NCBI RefSeq assembly: GCF_032191835.1
Contig: NC_083228.1
Location: forward strand, 109,802,001 to 109,866,000
DNA: 64,000 bases
From: Heteronotia binoei
Lineage: Eukaryota
Direction: 5' to 3'
The notes beneath the pieces are model-generated. The model did no database searches. It worked only from the letters and a program-made list of their open reading frames with translations, and was not told the origin of the DNA. Shown here in pieces: positions 39,033 to 51,260 of the stretch. Each line of letters begins with the position of its first letter. The first letter of the stretch is position 1. Both the position numbers and the translations under genes were made by a program.

Positions 39033-40664
39033 CTTTAGAGAATTCTTTTTTAAAGCTTGAGCTTCACCTCAGATCTCTGAAAACTGCAAAGACTCAGACA
39101 TTAACAGTGCCATCATAAGCATCTTTCTGAACCCACTGACATCATTTGACTTAAAAGGGTATAACTTTGCCCAGGAGAGAGAGCATTCCTAAAACAACCA
39201 GAATTTTACACAAGTGTATTCAGTGGGGCTTGTTCCCTGGATAGTGTTTTTAGGATGGCACTGTAAGAATTTATTATTTACTTCATTTATACCCCGGATC
39301 TCCCCAATGGGAGCCTGAAGCACCTTACATCATTCTCCACTTTTCAAGTTTATGCTCATAACAGCCCTGTGGGATGGGTTAGACTGAGATTGTGTGACTG
39401 GCCCAAGGCCACCCAGCAAGTTTTCATGGCAGAATGGTTTCAAACCTGGATCTCCTGGATCCTAGGTTAGCTAACACCCCAACCACTATATTATGCTACA
39501 CTGAAAGGAGGAAACTATTTGCTGTTGCTGATGAGGAGGCTTCTGAGTTGTAGCCCCACTGTGTGGTCCTTCAGTCCCATATGTTCCAGTAGCTGTGATG
39601 GAGAAATATAAAAGAATATTTACATCATAAAGACTCAAAACAGAAAATTCCCATCCAGCCCCCAAATCCTTAGGAAACATAAGTTTGCTAGTGCTTCTGG
39701 GTTTTTAATAAGGGCCCAGAATACTTAGCAAAAGACATTTTCCATTTATCTGAGGCTGGACATTTTCCAATAATGTCAGAAATTTATTTATTTAGTGAAC
39801 TTATATTCCACCCTTTCCCATAACGGGCTCAGGGTGGATCACAACATAGGTTAGACAATAAAAACCAACAAGTCAGAAAGAAGAAAAAGCAGCTGCTCAA
39901 AATGACCAGACATATTTGTGAGCTGAGCTGAAATTCAAGGAGATTTGGGCTTGTTTGGATTGTTAAAAACTTACTATTTCAGAACTTGGGGAAGATTCTT
40001 CTTACAGTCTGTACAGTGAAACTTGTCAACTTGTTGAATGAAGCTGCAACAACTGGGGATGTGAACATAGCAGGATATTTTAAAATGGTCACATCCCCAT
40101 GTGCAGTGTCACATGCAGGGGACCAGGGATGGCCTCTAAAAGTTGCCACCACTCTGGTACGGGTCTGTCTGCAAATACCTTCCTCCATGACGGAAGAGAC
40201 ATGAGGACCCAGGCAGTATAACCACAAATACTTTGTTGTAAATGCCCTGTACTTTCTTTGGTACTCCTATGGTTTGCGGCACTAACTTCAGCAAACACAA
40301 TGTACTTTTATTATAATTACTTGTTTGTGATGACTTCTGCCTTGGACAATACAACTGAACTGGCTAACTAAATGATATAGGAAATATACTTAGCCAACAT
40401 TTGAGGTAGTTATATAATGTTAGCTAAGGGAATTATTCTAATGTTCTGAGAAAGCACTGTGGGAGTGGGCATAGCATAGTAGCAAAGGACATACCAGGAT
40501 GGACCATTGCCTCTCTCAAACTATGTATTACGGATAATGAACCTATGCTATGTAATTATAAACAAGTCATTCCTGTTCTAGCTTTAGCAGACATTTGATC
40601 TTTTCAGACAGATGGGGTGGTTAACTAAACCTCAGCAGGATGTTACTGAATTGTGCGTTATTTT

Positions 40665-40680
40665 TCGCCATCTAGTGGAC
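40665..40680 (-). promoter_or_regulatory. CTCF-like motif, reverse orientation
   Basis: Minus strand CCACTAGATGGCG matches the CTCF core CCACYAGRKGGCG; lies in unique sequence. Confidence 0.6.
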
Positions 40681-43600
40681 AATGACATGCGAGGCAGCAT
40701 ACCTTCAGGATACTATTATTGTGTTAAAAATATTTTAAAAAATCATTTGCCTTAGAAACACAAAAGCTTTACGCTGTATCTCAGATTCTCCACATTTCCC
40801 GGTTAAGGGAAAAATGCTATTCAAACAAATTCAAACAGATATGATCTGACTCCAATGGTAACAAGAGAAGAAAATGTACTTACAAAAATAGAATCACATC
40901 TTAACATATGCATGTAGATATATTACATTTATAGTGAACAGATTAATTTGCTACAGCTCCAAGCCCAGTTAAGAGAGAGTAGAGGTCCTATATAAGACGA
41001 AACAGAAGGCAAGCTCTCAATGTACCATTAGAGAATGGGATCAACTGCCAAGTGTACCTGAGCGTGAGAGAGAATTCTCTTAACCCTTTCCCTCCAAGAT
41101 CATCTTGCATGCAGTTACAATATCCAACAATTATAGTATTTAGTTCTAAGAAGGCCTTTTCTGTTAACTGCAGAGCCTGTGATTAGACACACGATTAAAA
41201 AAGGCAGTTAAACAAGAGTTTTTTGCCAACAAACATTTCTGAACCATGGCCTAGAAGAATGATGTTGATTGGCATCTTGATGAGTGAGAACTGTCTTCCT
41301 AAATGGACTGTTATTTAATACTGGAATTCAACTGCCAAAGATTCACAAAACACCGGCCACACCTAGGAGCCACGTCTATTTGGAATTCTCTGTTTTTCTC
41401 TTTGAAGACACTGCACCTCTGCAAATTTTGTACTCCCTTTCAAGACTTCTGCACTGTTATTGACTTAGTCAAACTTATTTATGGACTGGGGTTTCCCCTT
41501 GTTAATCTCTCTGTGATTGCATATGGTGACTTTATCACATTTAGTTGCACAATTTAATAATATATTTGCACGTTATACTAACTTGAGTTATTACCTGCTT
41601 ATTTATGACTATACCACAGATTGTTCAATAAAAAGAAGAGCACCCATTCTATCAAGAAACAAAATCACAGGATTCTACAGTAATGGAAATGACGTGCAAA
41701 GGATCTCATGTGAAAAGTGCTTCTAAATGTTATGGCTGGGCTTAGAGCGCACCATAGAAATGCCTTTCGGCTTTTGGTCTAAACATCTTTAAGTTAAAAG
41801 TAAATTATGAATAAAATAGTCTAGTCTTCAGTGCAAAGAAGAAAAACCAAAGAAATGTGGCACTTGCTGTATGAAACAGTAAATCCTCTCATATCTTGTG
41901 ACTATGGAACTGCCAAAAACCCTTCAGGATATATAAAACAGTCATTGGGCAAATGCCTAACCAGCATGATGAAGAATCACTATAAAAGAGATAAAGAGTA
42001 CTAACGCAGGCATCTGTGACAGGAAACTGCAAACCCAAAGCTATTTGCAAGCTTCAGATGCACAGTTTGCACATGCCCCTCACACAAGTTTTCATTTGGA
42101 TTAGGGACTGATGATTTCCCTTTTCAGAAACACAGTGCATATTTGTACTTGCAGATATGTGGCCCAATAGAGCAACAGCTTTTCCAAGTTACTGTAGATC
42201 CACAAAGGAGATTTATTTACTTAGGGCTAGTGTTGCTATTTAGAAAGCTGGATCAGAAGTCCTCTGTTTGAATTCCCACTTTCTGTGACAATTACTAGAT
42301 GACTGGACTGTGGGCCACTCATTCTCTCTCAGCCCAAGCTCCCTCTCAGGTTGCTGTGAATATAAAATGAAAGAGGGAAGATTCATGTGCATTGGCTTAA
42401 GCTTCCTGGAAGGAAGGGCATGATAAAAATGCATTAAATAATAATAAATATTAGGCCAACTGAACAAACTGTGAGTCTAGTGGTACCTTTAAGTCCAACA
42501 ACGTTTTCTCCAGGGTATAAACTTTCATGTACACCCACAAAAGTTTATACACAGAAGAAAACCTTGTTGGTCTTAAAGGTGCCACTGGCCTCAAGTTGTG
42601 TTCTGTTGCCTCAGACCAGGCTACCCAGAATCCATTAGGCCAAAGATACACAATAGCCTGTTACAGTCTGCTTGTATTACAACATGAGCCATATTAGGGT
42701 GATGCCGCAAGAGGACCGCCAATGTCCTTTTTTATCTTGGTCTGTTCTATGCTTGAGTATCAGGAATTTCTCACGTTTTAGGGTGTTGATTTTGATAACA
42801 GATTTATATCTAAAATAGTGTTGCCAGTCTCCTAGTGTGGCTTGGTGATCTCTAGGCTACCAATACAAGTTCCTCTGGGGGGAAAAAATGGCTGCTTTGT
42901 ATGATGAACTGTATGGCATTAGAGTCCACTGAGCTCCCTCCCCCGTCTAACCCTGGCCTCTACCCCCAAAATATCCAGGAATGTTTCAGTCCACAGCTGG
43001 CAATCCTAATCTAAAATTGTTCACTATAGGCAACAAAAACAGTAATGTTAAATGAAGAGAAAGGCATAAAGTCAGGCTTTGCTTTCAGATGGTTAATCAA
43101 TTTCATACAGACTACACAGTCATATTATTTGTTCTTTAGCAGATGGTTATCAAAATAGAATTGGAAGGTTATTTTTTTCTACCTTTTTGAGAAAGCGGAG
43201 AGTGTCTGATAATTTCACAGAGAACAAAGGAATGAAGGGATCTAAAAACAATAAAAAGGAATTTATGTCATAAGGGCTTGTCACAGGAGGGGGTGGGTTC
43301 TGTGGGAACGTGGCTTTTTTGGATATTCCAGGCCCCTTTCCTGAACTTTCAGCTTTCATATTTTTCTGAAAAGTATGCCTCTAGCATTTTATTGTAGAGA
43401 TATAAGAATAAACAGTCAGGGAATAAGCCACTATACCGCTGTGGAGGTGGATTAGACATATGGCTTGGGTCAGAAATGTACCAAAGCCCCTTCCCAGCAC
43501 CAGAGAAATGTGTGCTTTCTCAAACTCTCACGCTATAGAGATCATAAGATTTCCACACAGATATGCATAATCATTAGGACCAAGCCTGGCAGCAACTTCA

Positions 43601-44309
43601 GGCAACTTGCATAAATTGCCCAGGCCTGGCTGCTTGCTACTGTTCATTGTCAGCCACTGTGCAAAAGCCAGTGTAGTGCAGGGGGTAAGAGTTTCATACT
43701 GGGATCTGGTAGATGCAGTTTGAAATCTTTCCTCTGCTGCAGAAACTCACTGGGCGACTTTAGGTCAGCCACATACTCTCATGGGATCACTGTGAGAATA
43801 AAGTGTAGGAGAGGAAAATGGCTGTTGGTCTTTGTTGTGAAGAAAAGTGGAGCATAAATGAAGTAAATAAATATTAAATGTAGCTGAAAATGGCTGGAAG
43901 ATAAAAGGTCGGTAGGAAGGAGAGCAGGCCCGTAGCTCCAATGGGGCCTGGGAGGAGCCAGGCCCATCCTTTCAACCTCCCCTTTCAACTATAAGGCTCC
44001 TCCATTGGAGGGCCCTCAATCTGTCCCCTTTGCTCACCGCCACTCTGAACAAGTAATAGCATTGCCGCTTGTCTTTTCGCTTTCTCTTTCTCCTTCAGTA
44101 ACACACCTTTTGAACAGGAGATTTTTGCAGGCAAATTCAATGCTCATAAAATCAGAATCATCCCTGAGCATAGAAACGGCATATGGGAGCTTTCTGGAAA
44201 GACAAAAAAAAATAGCAGAGAAGAAGAAAATGAGATATCCTCCACAAGTTACTCCAGGTTGCCCACTTGTGCATACACTCCCTTTCTTGGTAAACTGCTA
44301 GTAAAAAGC

Positions 44310-44495
44310 TAAAGGAAGTCCCCTGTGCAAGCACTAGTCGTTTCTAACTCTGGGGTGATGTTGCATCATGACAGACCTTTTACAGGGTGGTTTGCCATTG
44401 CCTTCCCCAGTCATCTGCACTTTACCCCCAGCAAGCTGGGTACTCATTTTACCAACCTTGGAAGAATAGAAGGCTGAGTCAACTTTGAGCCAGCA
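44310..44495 (-). mobile_element. Sauria SINE, 3' portion
   Basis: TAAAGGAAGTCCCCTGTGCAAGCAC...GCAAGCTGGGTACTCATTTTACC...GGCTGAGTCAAC. Confidence 0.8.
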
Positions 44496-44533
44496 TGCAC
44501 TCTTAGTAGAGACCAATTTTTGAAAAATACTTT

Positions 44534-45350
44534 TAGGCTTCCCAAATCCCCCGCCTTGCCTGGGGACCCCCGATTTGGAGTCTTCTCCCCCCGCTAGCCA
44601 AAAATCTGGAAAGCGGGGGGGAATGGCAACCCTTCCCACCCAGCCCCAATCTCAGCAGCTTCTCCTTGCCCTGCCCTTCCCACCCAGCCCCGATCGCAGC
44701 AGCCTTTCTTCAGTTTTCCCAGGCTGCTTCTGGCCCCAATCAGCTGGCTGGTGGAGGGGGGGGGAGAGGGAGCTCCGCCCGCAAAGGACCATGTGCCTTT
44801 GCACCTCCAGAGGCTTGACTTCAATTTAGGATGGTGTGTCTGTGAAGAAGTTGGCAGCAAATGGTGAGTAGAGAGGCTGATCCGCTGCTTCAGACTGGCC
44901 AGAAGCGGGGTGGTGGGGGGGAGAGGGAAACGTCTTCATTATTCCCTATGTGATCGATTCTCATAGGGTATAATGGGGGATTGTTCTGGAGGTTTTGGGG
45001 GCTCTGGGGGAGCTGTTTTTTGAGGTAGAGGCACCAAATTTTCAATATAGTATCTAGTGCCTCTCCCCAAGGTACCCCCCAAGTTTCAAAACGATTGGAC
45101 CAGGGGGTCCAATTCTATGAGCCCCAAAAGAAGGTGCCCCTATCCTTCATTATTTCCTATGGAAAGAAGACATTTAAAAAGGTGTGCTGTCCCTTTAAAT
45201 GTGATGGCCAGAACTCCCTTGGAGTTCAATTATGCTTGTCACACCCTTGTTCTTGGCTCCGCCCCAGTGTCTCCTGGCTCCACCCCCAAAGTCTCTTGGC
45301 TCCGCACCCAAAGTCCCCAGATTTTTCTTGAATTGGACTTGGCAACCCTA
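44534..45350. mobile_element. TAGGGTTGCCA-family hAT element (reverse orientation)
   Basis: Ends TAGGCTTCCCA / TGGCAACCCTA; TSD AATACTTT / AATACGTT (7/8). Confidence 0.9.
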
Positions 45351-45395
45351 AATACGTTGCATTTTAAATGATTATCTTTTTAATTTAAAGATTAA

Positions 45396-45970
45396 TGTTA
45401 TGCTGTGCGAAAAGCAACAGCTGCATACTAATCTTGCTGTGGCAGGCTATCAGAAACAAACTACCTGACAGGGCAGGGCAGGCCCTTGAACCCAGCAGCA
45501 GGACTCACCTGGGTGAAGCAGGTAGCAACAAGGACAGAAAGGTGCAAAAGCCTTTGGCAACAGGGCAGACTTTGCAATGTCTCTCTAGGCCCAGGTGTTG
45601 TGAGGCAAGTCAGGAAAGAGAGGAGAAGGGGGCGAGGATTAATTTAAGGACCAGGTGTGAAGCTAGGAATATAAAAAGGGAGGAAATGGAAGGAGGCTGG
45701 CAGGAGAAGAAGAAAGCTGAAGTAAAAGGCAAGCGGGTGTGGTGTAACCTTGAGGTCATGACCGGGCTTGTGGAGTCAGAAGCTTTCTCCGGGACTCAGA
45801 GTACACTGTTTCCCTGCCTACTGGGGGTGCTATGCTTCCACACATTTTTGTAAAATTTAAGAAGACTATATATGTGAAGAAAAATATAGATAAAACCTTA
45901 CCTGTTCTTAGGGTTCTTGTCTAGATAAGCATGGCATGATTCTTTCTTTGCCAGATTTTCTTATGCATGA
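45396..45970 (+). mobile_element. Possible solo LTR (weak)
   Basis: Starts TGTTATG; TATAAAAAGGG near 45669 followed by a purine-rich stretch; 3' end and TSD not clean. Confidence 0.3.
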
Positions 45971-46102
45971 TTAAGGTTGGAGTCATTGCGAAAGGTTTCC
46001 CTGTATCCCATGTAACTAGATAAAGGGGCGGGGGGGGGGGGGGAGTTCTCTGAACTGTAGAGTCATTTTTTAAAAGGGATATTTGTCTTGTCTAGTTTTC
46101 TC

Positions 46103-46984
46103 CACCAGCCTGCACCCCAGGAAGATTATCACCCTCCCTGCATCACTGTGGGTGAATCAGTTCTGAAGACAGTCCAGCAGTTCAGCTACCTGGGGTGCAT
46201 CATCTCCTCAGATGCCAAGATCGACAAGGAGATTGACAACAGGCTGGCAAAGGCAAACCGTGCATTTGGCCGACTGCACAAAAGAGTGTGGAGCAACAAG
46301 CATCTGAAAAAAGGCACAAAGATCAATGTTTACAAAGCGGTTGTGATGACAACCCTCATCTATGGCTCCGAATCGTGGGTTTTATACTGTCATCACCTGC
46401 GACTCCTTGAGCGCTTTCATCAGCGCTGCCTTCGCACCATCCTCAACATCCACTGGAGTGACTTTGTGACCAACACTGAAGTCCTCAAGCGGGCAGAGGT
46501 TACCAGCATCGAGGCACTGCTGTTGAAGACGCAGCTGCGCTGGGCAGGGCATATTTCTAGGATGGAAAACCACTGCCTTCCCAAGATTGCCCTGTATGGC
46601 GAACTCTCCACCGGCCATCGAAATAGAGGGGCACCAAAGAAGAGGTACAAGGACTCCTTGAAGAAATCCCTTAGCACCTGTCACATCAACCATCACCAGT
46701 GGTCTGACCTAGCCTCAGATCGCAAAGCATGGAGGCACACCATCCACCAGGCTGTCTCTTCCTTTGAGAACACACGCATAGCTGGTCTTGAGGACAAAAG
46801 GAGATTGAGGAAGAATCGCACTGCTACAGGACCAACCCTAAATCAGACTTTTCCCTGCAGCCGCTGTGGCCGGACCTGCCTGTCCCACATTGGTCTTGTC
46901 AGCCACCAGCGAGCCTGCAGCAAACATGGACTATTGCACCCTTCTTAAATCTTCATTCGCGAAGCCAAGCCGAGAGAGAGAGAG
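46103..46984 (+). mobile_element. RTE-clade LINE 3' fragment with uninterrupted ORF
   Basis: ORF 46088..46948 (FSYLG, YGSESW, QLRWAGH, C-terminal CSRCGRTC...SHQRAC), (GA)n tail, apparent 9-bp TSD AGTTTTCTC (46094-46102, 46985-46993). Confidence 0.93.
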
Positions 46985-47355
46985 AGTTTTCTCTGTGGCT
47001 TTCAGATGAATTCTCTCTCTCACTCACGCTCCCATGCTTATTTTTCCTTATGTAATTTCCACAAGGTGAGTGCTGAGATCTCATTACCACACTGATGTAA
47101 CTAAGATACTGAGTACAAAATTTCTTGCATTCAGTGTTCCACAAATCAGGGTCACCTATAAAGTGTTCTCTAATCATGTTGCTATGGCTTCCATCCATGT
47201 CATAAATTACTGACTTGTGAATGTTCTTAAAAACTCTTTATCAGTGTGTTCTGAGCCACGTGGAAGCCCGTATGAGAAAGTGCTATTGACATAATGCAGG
47301 GGTGGGGGGAGCGTTTAGATCAGGCCTTGCATAATAAGGTAGATCCTGGATCTCA

Positions 47356-47370
47356 CCACAAGGGGGCGCT
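47356..47370 (+). promoter_or_regulatory. CTCF-like motif, forward orientation
   Basis: CCACAAGGGGGCGCT matches CCACNAGGGGGCGC. Confidence 0.65.
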
Positions 47371-47698
47371 TTTGGAACAAATGTATATAACTTTAACTTC
47401 TAGGTAAAGGTTAACTCTGGGTGACTTCACTGTGTGTAAAACAAGCATGAAAATCCAGGCTAAATTGGAACAAGTTTGCTTGACTTATTTTTTAAAAAAT
47501 TATTTGCCTTTTGTGAATGCCTCCCGGGTTCTGACTTTGGGTTAAGGCAGTACTTAAGTAAAGATGCATCTAGCCGTGCTGTTAAGTAAAGATGCACCTA
47601 GCAGTGCTGTGTATAGTATGGTGTTCAAATGATTTATATTCCAAGTTGAACAAAGCAGGAGTCAAGTGGTACCTTTAAGACCAACCAATTTTTATTTA

Positions 47699-47918
47699 TC
47701 AAAGAATTCAGGTTTTCACGGCTGGTAACATCATTAGGGTTTGTAGAATCTTTCGGGATCAAGTGCCGTGTTCTACTGGAGAAAGTTTTCCTTCCAGACG
47801 TTTCGTTCTCAGCTGCGGAGAACATCCTCAGTGGCGTTGCAGCCAGAGCAGGCGCTCAGACCTTCTTGGCTGCTGTGCATTGAGTGGGGCCAGGGCTGCT
47901 GGAGAGCTGCTATTTGTA
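47699..47918 (-). mobile_element. 220-bp Penelope-like insertion nested in an older Penelope-like remnant (47640-47975)
   Basis: 12-bp flanking duplication AATTTTTATTTA (47687-47698, 47919-47930); GACGTTTCG motif; CpG-rich. Confidence 0.75.
47794..47834 (-). ncRNA. Minimal type I hammerhead ribozyme motif
   Basis: Minus strand CCA-CUGAGGA-U-GUUCUC-CGCAGCU-GAGAAC-GAAA-C-GUC/UGG: intact core, 6-bp stem II, 3-bp stem I, ACGU palindrome in place of stem III. Confidence 0.8.
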
Positions 47919-50194
47919 AATTTTTATTTAGAACGTAAGCTTTCGTTGCTCTTAAGCACACTTCATCAGATGAGGAATCCAGCACAATGAGCAAAACCAT
48001 ACATAGCTGAGCAGAGCCATACATAGCAGGTAGGCCACTGCCTTGGATCTATGTATTGTAAGTGTAAGGCATGTGAGCCACTAGTCATGATATATTGTCC
48101 ATCTGTCTTGTGATATATTCTCCCTCATCTAACTCACTTAATCCTGTGATCTTTAATGGCAGTCTACAAGATAGAACAGTTCTGATAGAGAGCAGTTTCA
48201 CCTTTATGTGATGATGCTGCTAACTTACAGAGGCAACTCTCAAGGCCATATTTATCCATTTCCTAAAGTGCAGATGAAGAGCTGTCAAATGAAAGGAATT
48301 TCCAGGGACTACTAGAACTGTATTAAAAGTACTCATCCATGTTTGCTTGCTCCCATCTTTATAGTTTATTTAATTTCTATATTTTTATTTAAAATGCCTG
48401 CCTTTTAACCATGCTTTGTAGGATGATTTACAAGAATAAAAGAGAACAATATCTATGAAATGTATTTAGGGGAGGCAGCTCTTCAGAGTCTGGAGGAAAG
48501 CTTTCTTAGTGAATATTAGATGTCTTAGCCACCAGTGGAACTTCTGTAGTTAGAGGCAGTATGTCTTTGAGTGTCTTCCTCTGCCCTTTCTCAATTGTGA
48601 CTTTTCCAAAGGCATTTAGTTGAAACAGAATGCTGTACTATGTGGACCAGCAAGGCAATTCAGATTATCATACTATGTTTTAGGGAGGGTTACATAACTG
48701 CAAAGCACGTTGTCTCTGTGTTGCAATACATTTATGCTGTCTGGTTTCTTGAAAGCCATTTAAGCATTTTTATTGCTAGCTCTAAGAAAGTTTTTAAAAT
48801 AGTTCCCAGAAACAGTTTGCAGTTCTGAGATCCTCTCTCCTCCAAAAAAAGTACATGAGGAGAAGGAACTGTGACTTTCCATAATTAGAAAGGTACTTTG
48901 CAAGTTCACTGTAAGTAAAACAAATTCTGTGTACAAGTTAAAGCAGTATGTGGTGCTACTGACTGAGAGCAAGGAGTCCCAAAATATGAGACAGGCCACA
49001 TTACAAGAGTATGAATGATAAAATATTGCCATGTTGTATGTGTCAACCACTGGAGCAGGAATAAGGATATGAATTGCCCTACCCCCATTTGTTCTTGTTT
49101 CAGAAGTTTTTTTTCATTGTTTGTTATTGTACATGTTAATTTTTGTTACTACATTTCTTTTAGTGCCACAGTAGTTTTATATCAATAAGAGATACTGCTG
49201 ATGGTAATGTTTTTGTTCTCTGTCCAGTTTGGATGAAATGTGCAGAGATAGTTCCGTCTTTGCACTCATAAATACAGAGAAGCAGAGAGAATTAAAGCCA
49301 CCAGGTAAAGGAAAGCATATGGAAGGTAGAAAAAGTCACACACCAGTTAAATAGCAAAGCATCAGAAATAATCTGACAGTCTCGACTCAAAAAGAAGAGA
49401 GCTATATCAAAGAAAGGGGGGGAGAAGTTGGTGAGAGTCACTGCTGCTTATTAAGTTAAGAAAGTGGTCTCAGCCAGTGTGATGTAGTGGTTGACTGTCA
49501 GACTAGGATCTGGGAGATCCAGGTTCAAATCCCCACTCTTGTCACAGCTGGATGACTGTGGGCCAGTCACATACTCTCAAACTAACTTGCCTCCCTGGTT
49601 GCTTTAAGGAGGCCAGGAGAACGATGTACACCACTTTGGCGCCCCAGAAGGGGAGAAAGGCATGAAGCAAAATAATAGAAATGAGATAAAATTGCACCGA
49701 TGGATAGAAATACTGTGCAAGAGAGACTCCTTGGCTTAATTCCATTCTGTGCAAAATCTGTTTGGCTCCTGATGGTGGGAACTCTTTGACATCTGTTTCA
49801 TATCTTGTGATCCATATTGATTCTTTCCTCCTTCTTCTAACCACCTTGAACTTCATAAATCATACCCTCAGCCACCAAGGAATAGGGCTGAAATGTTATG
49901 GACAAAGCTTTTTTAAAAAGTGTTTTTTGGGGGACAGCCCATCCTTATGTAGGGAGGTCAGGTGTAGCATTGATAGCGTCTCTCTTCCAATTTATTTGCA
50001 ACATCAACAGATGGAGTACAATCATAGAGTGATTCTTTAATGCAATGCTGGCTACAGCTGTTGGAAGGAATGAATACCAAAAGCAACACCAGTATTACTC
50101 AGAAAGCATAATCTTATCTCTGTGAGTTACCCCACATCTGCAAGACAAACATCCTTCTGTTGTTCTAAAGAGCATTGATAAAAATATACAGGCA

Positions 50195-50670
50195 TTGTTA
50201 GGAAATGCTGATGAATCTCTATGAAGAAAGGTTGAAACGCTTGGGACTCTTTAGCTTGGAGAAATGTCGACTGCGGGGTGACATGATAGAGGTTTACAAG
50301 ATAATGCATGGGATGGAGAAAGTAGAGAAAGAAGTACTTTTCTCCCTTTCTCACAATACAAGAACTCGTGGGCATTCAATGAAATTGCTGAGCAGACAGG
50401 TTAAAATGGATAAAAGGAAGTACTTCTTCACCCAAAGGGTGATTAACATGTGGAATTCACTGCCACAGGAGGTGGTGGCGGCCACAAGCATGGCCAGCTT
50501 CAAGAGGGGTTTAGATAAAAATATGGAGCAGAGGTCCATCAGTGGCTATTAGCCACAGTGTGTGTGTATATATAATTTTTTTTTGCCACTGTGTGACACA
50601 GAGTGTTGGACTGGATGGGCCATTGGCCTGATCTAACATGGCTACTCTTATGTTCTTATGATCTTCTGGT
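50195..50670 (+). mobile_element. CR1 3' fragment (same family as 36075-37515)
   Basis: ORF 50205..50552 (YEERLKRLGLFSLEKCRLRGDMI, RVINMWNSLP) and matching 3' end. Confidence 0.92.
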
Positions 50671-51000
50671 AAAGGCCATTTTGAAAAAGGAGCATTTCAT
50701 TTATGAACAAACAGAACCACAGTCCCTTTTGCATTTATTCAGAGGATGTTCCAGGACTGTTTCTTTACAATATAGCACTATTGCCTTTATAAAAAGGCTT
50801 TCCCTAATAATTCAGTTTGGCACAGTATGCGAAATGCTAGGAGAGCAGGAGCATTCCTGACCTCATCTGTTGTTGTTGACATTATCCTACAAAATCCTAC
50901 AATATAATTTCTGCATTGTAGAACATGATGTTAATGCTTCATTTCAGATATCTACTTTCTTTCTGGTTCCTGCAATTCTAATCCTATAACACTGTTTATT

Positions 51001-51260
51001 AAATGTCCGATCATATTAATTTAATCCACCCTGGGTGAGGTCAGACGTTCATAAAATCCCGCTAAAGGCATGAGTGGAGTCCGGAAGCATGTCGGATTTT
51101 AAGCGGTTGTCCAAACGTCAGCATCTGCGAATGGTGGTTAGCTTGTTTGAGTCCCGCGTTGAGACGACTGGGGCGTGGACTAATTTGATACTGCTTTAAA
51201 TCCGGAACAAAATTCTTCTGACTGTTCCTGAGCGGAATTTCTCTGTTTGAACGCTATATA
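51001..51260. promoter_or_regulatory. Small CpG-undepleted patch with ETS- and SP/KLF-like motifs
   Basis: About 15 CpG in 260 bp at moderate GC (hand count); CCGGAAG at 51081, GGGGCGTGG at 51170; no repeat family recognised. Confidence 0.35.

Noticed and set aside
41729-41795. RTIEMPFGF resembling a Harbinger transposase motif
   Set aside because: Frame is only about 21 codons with stops on both sides and no other DDE motifs.
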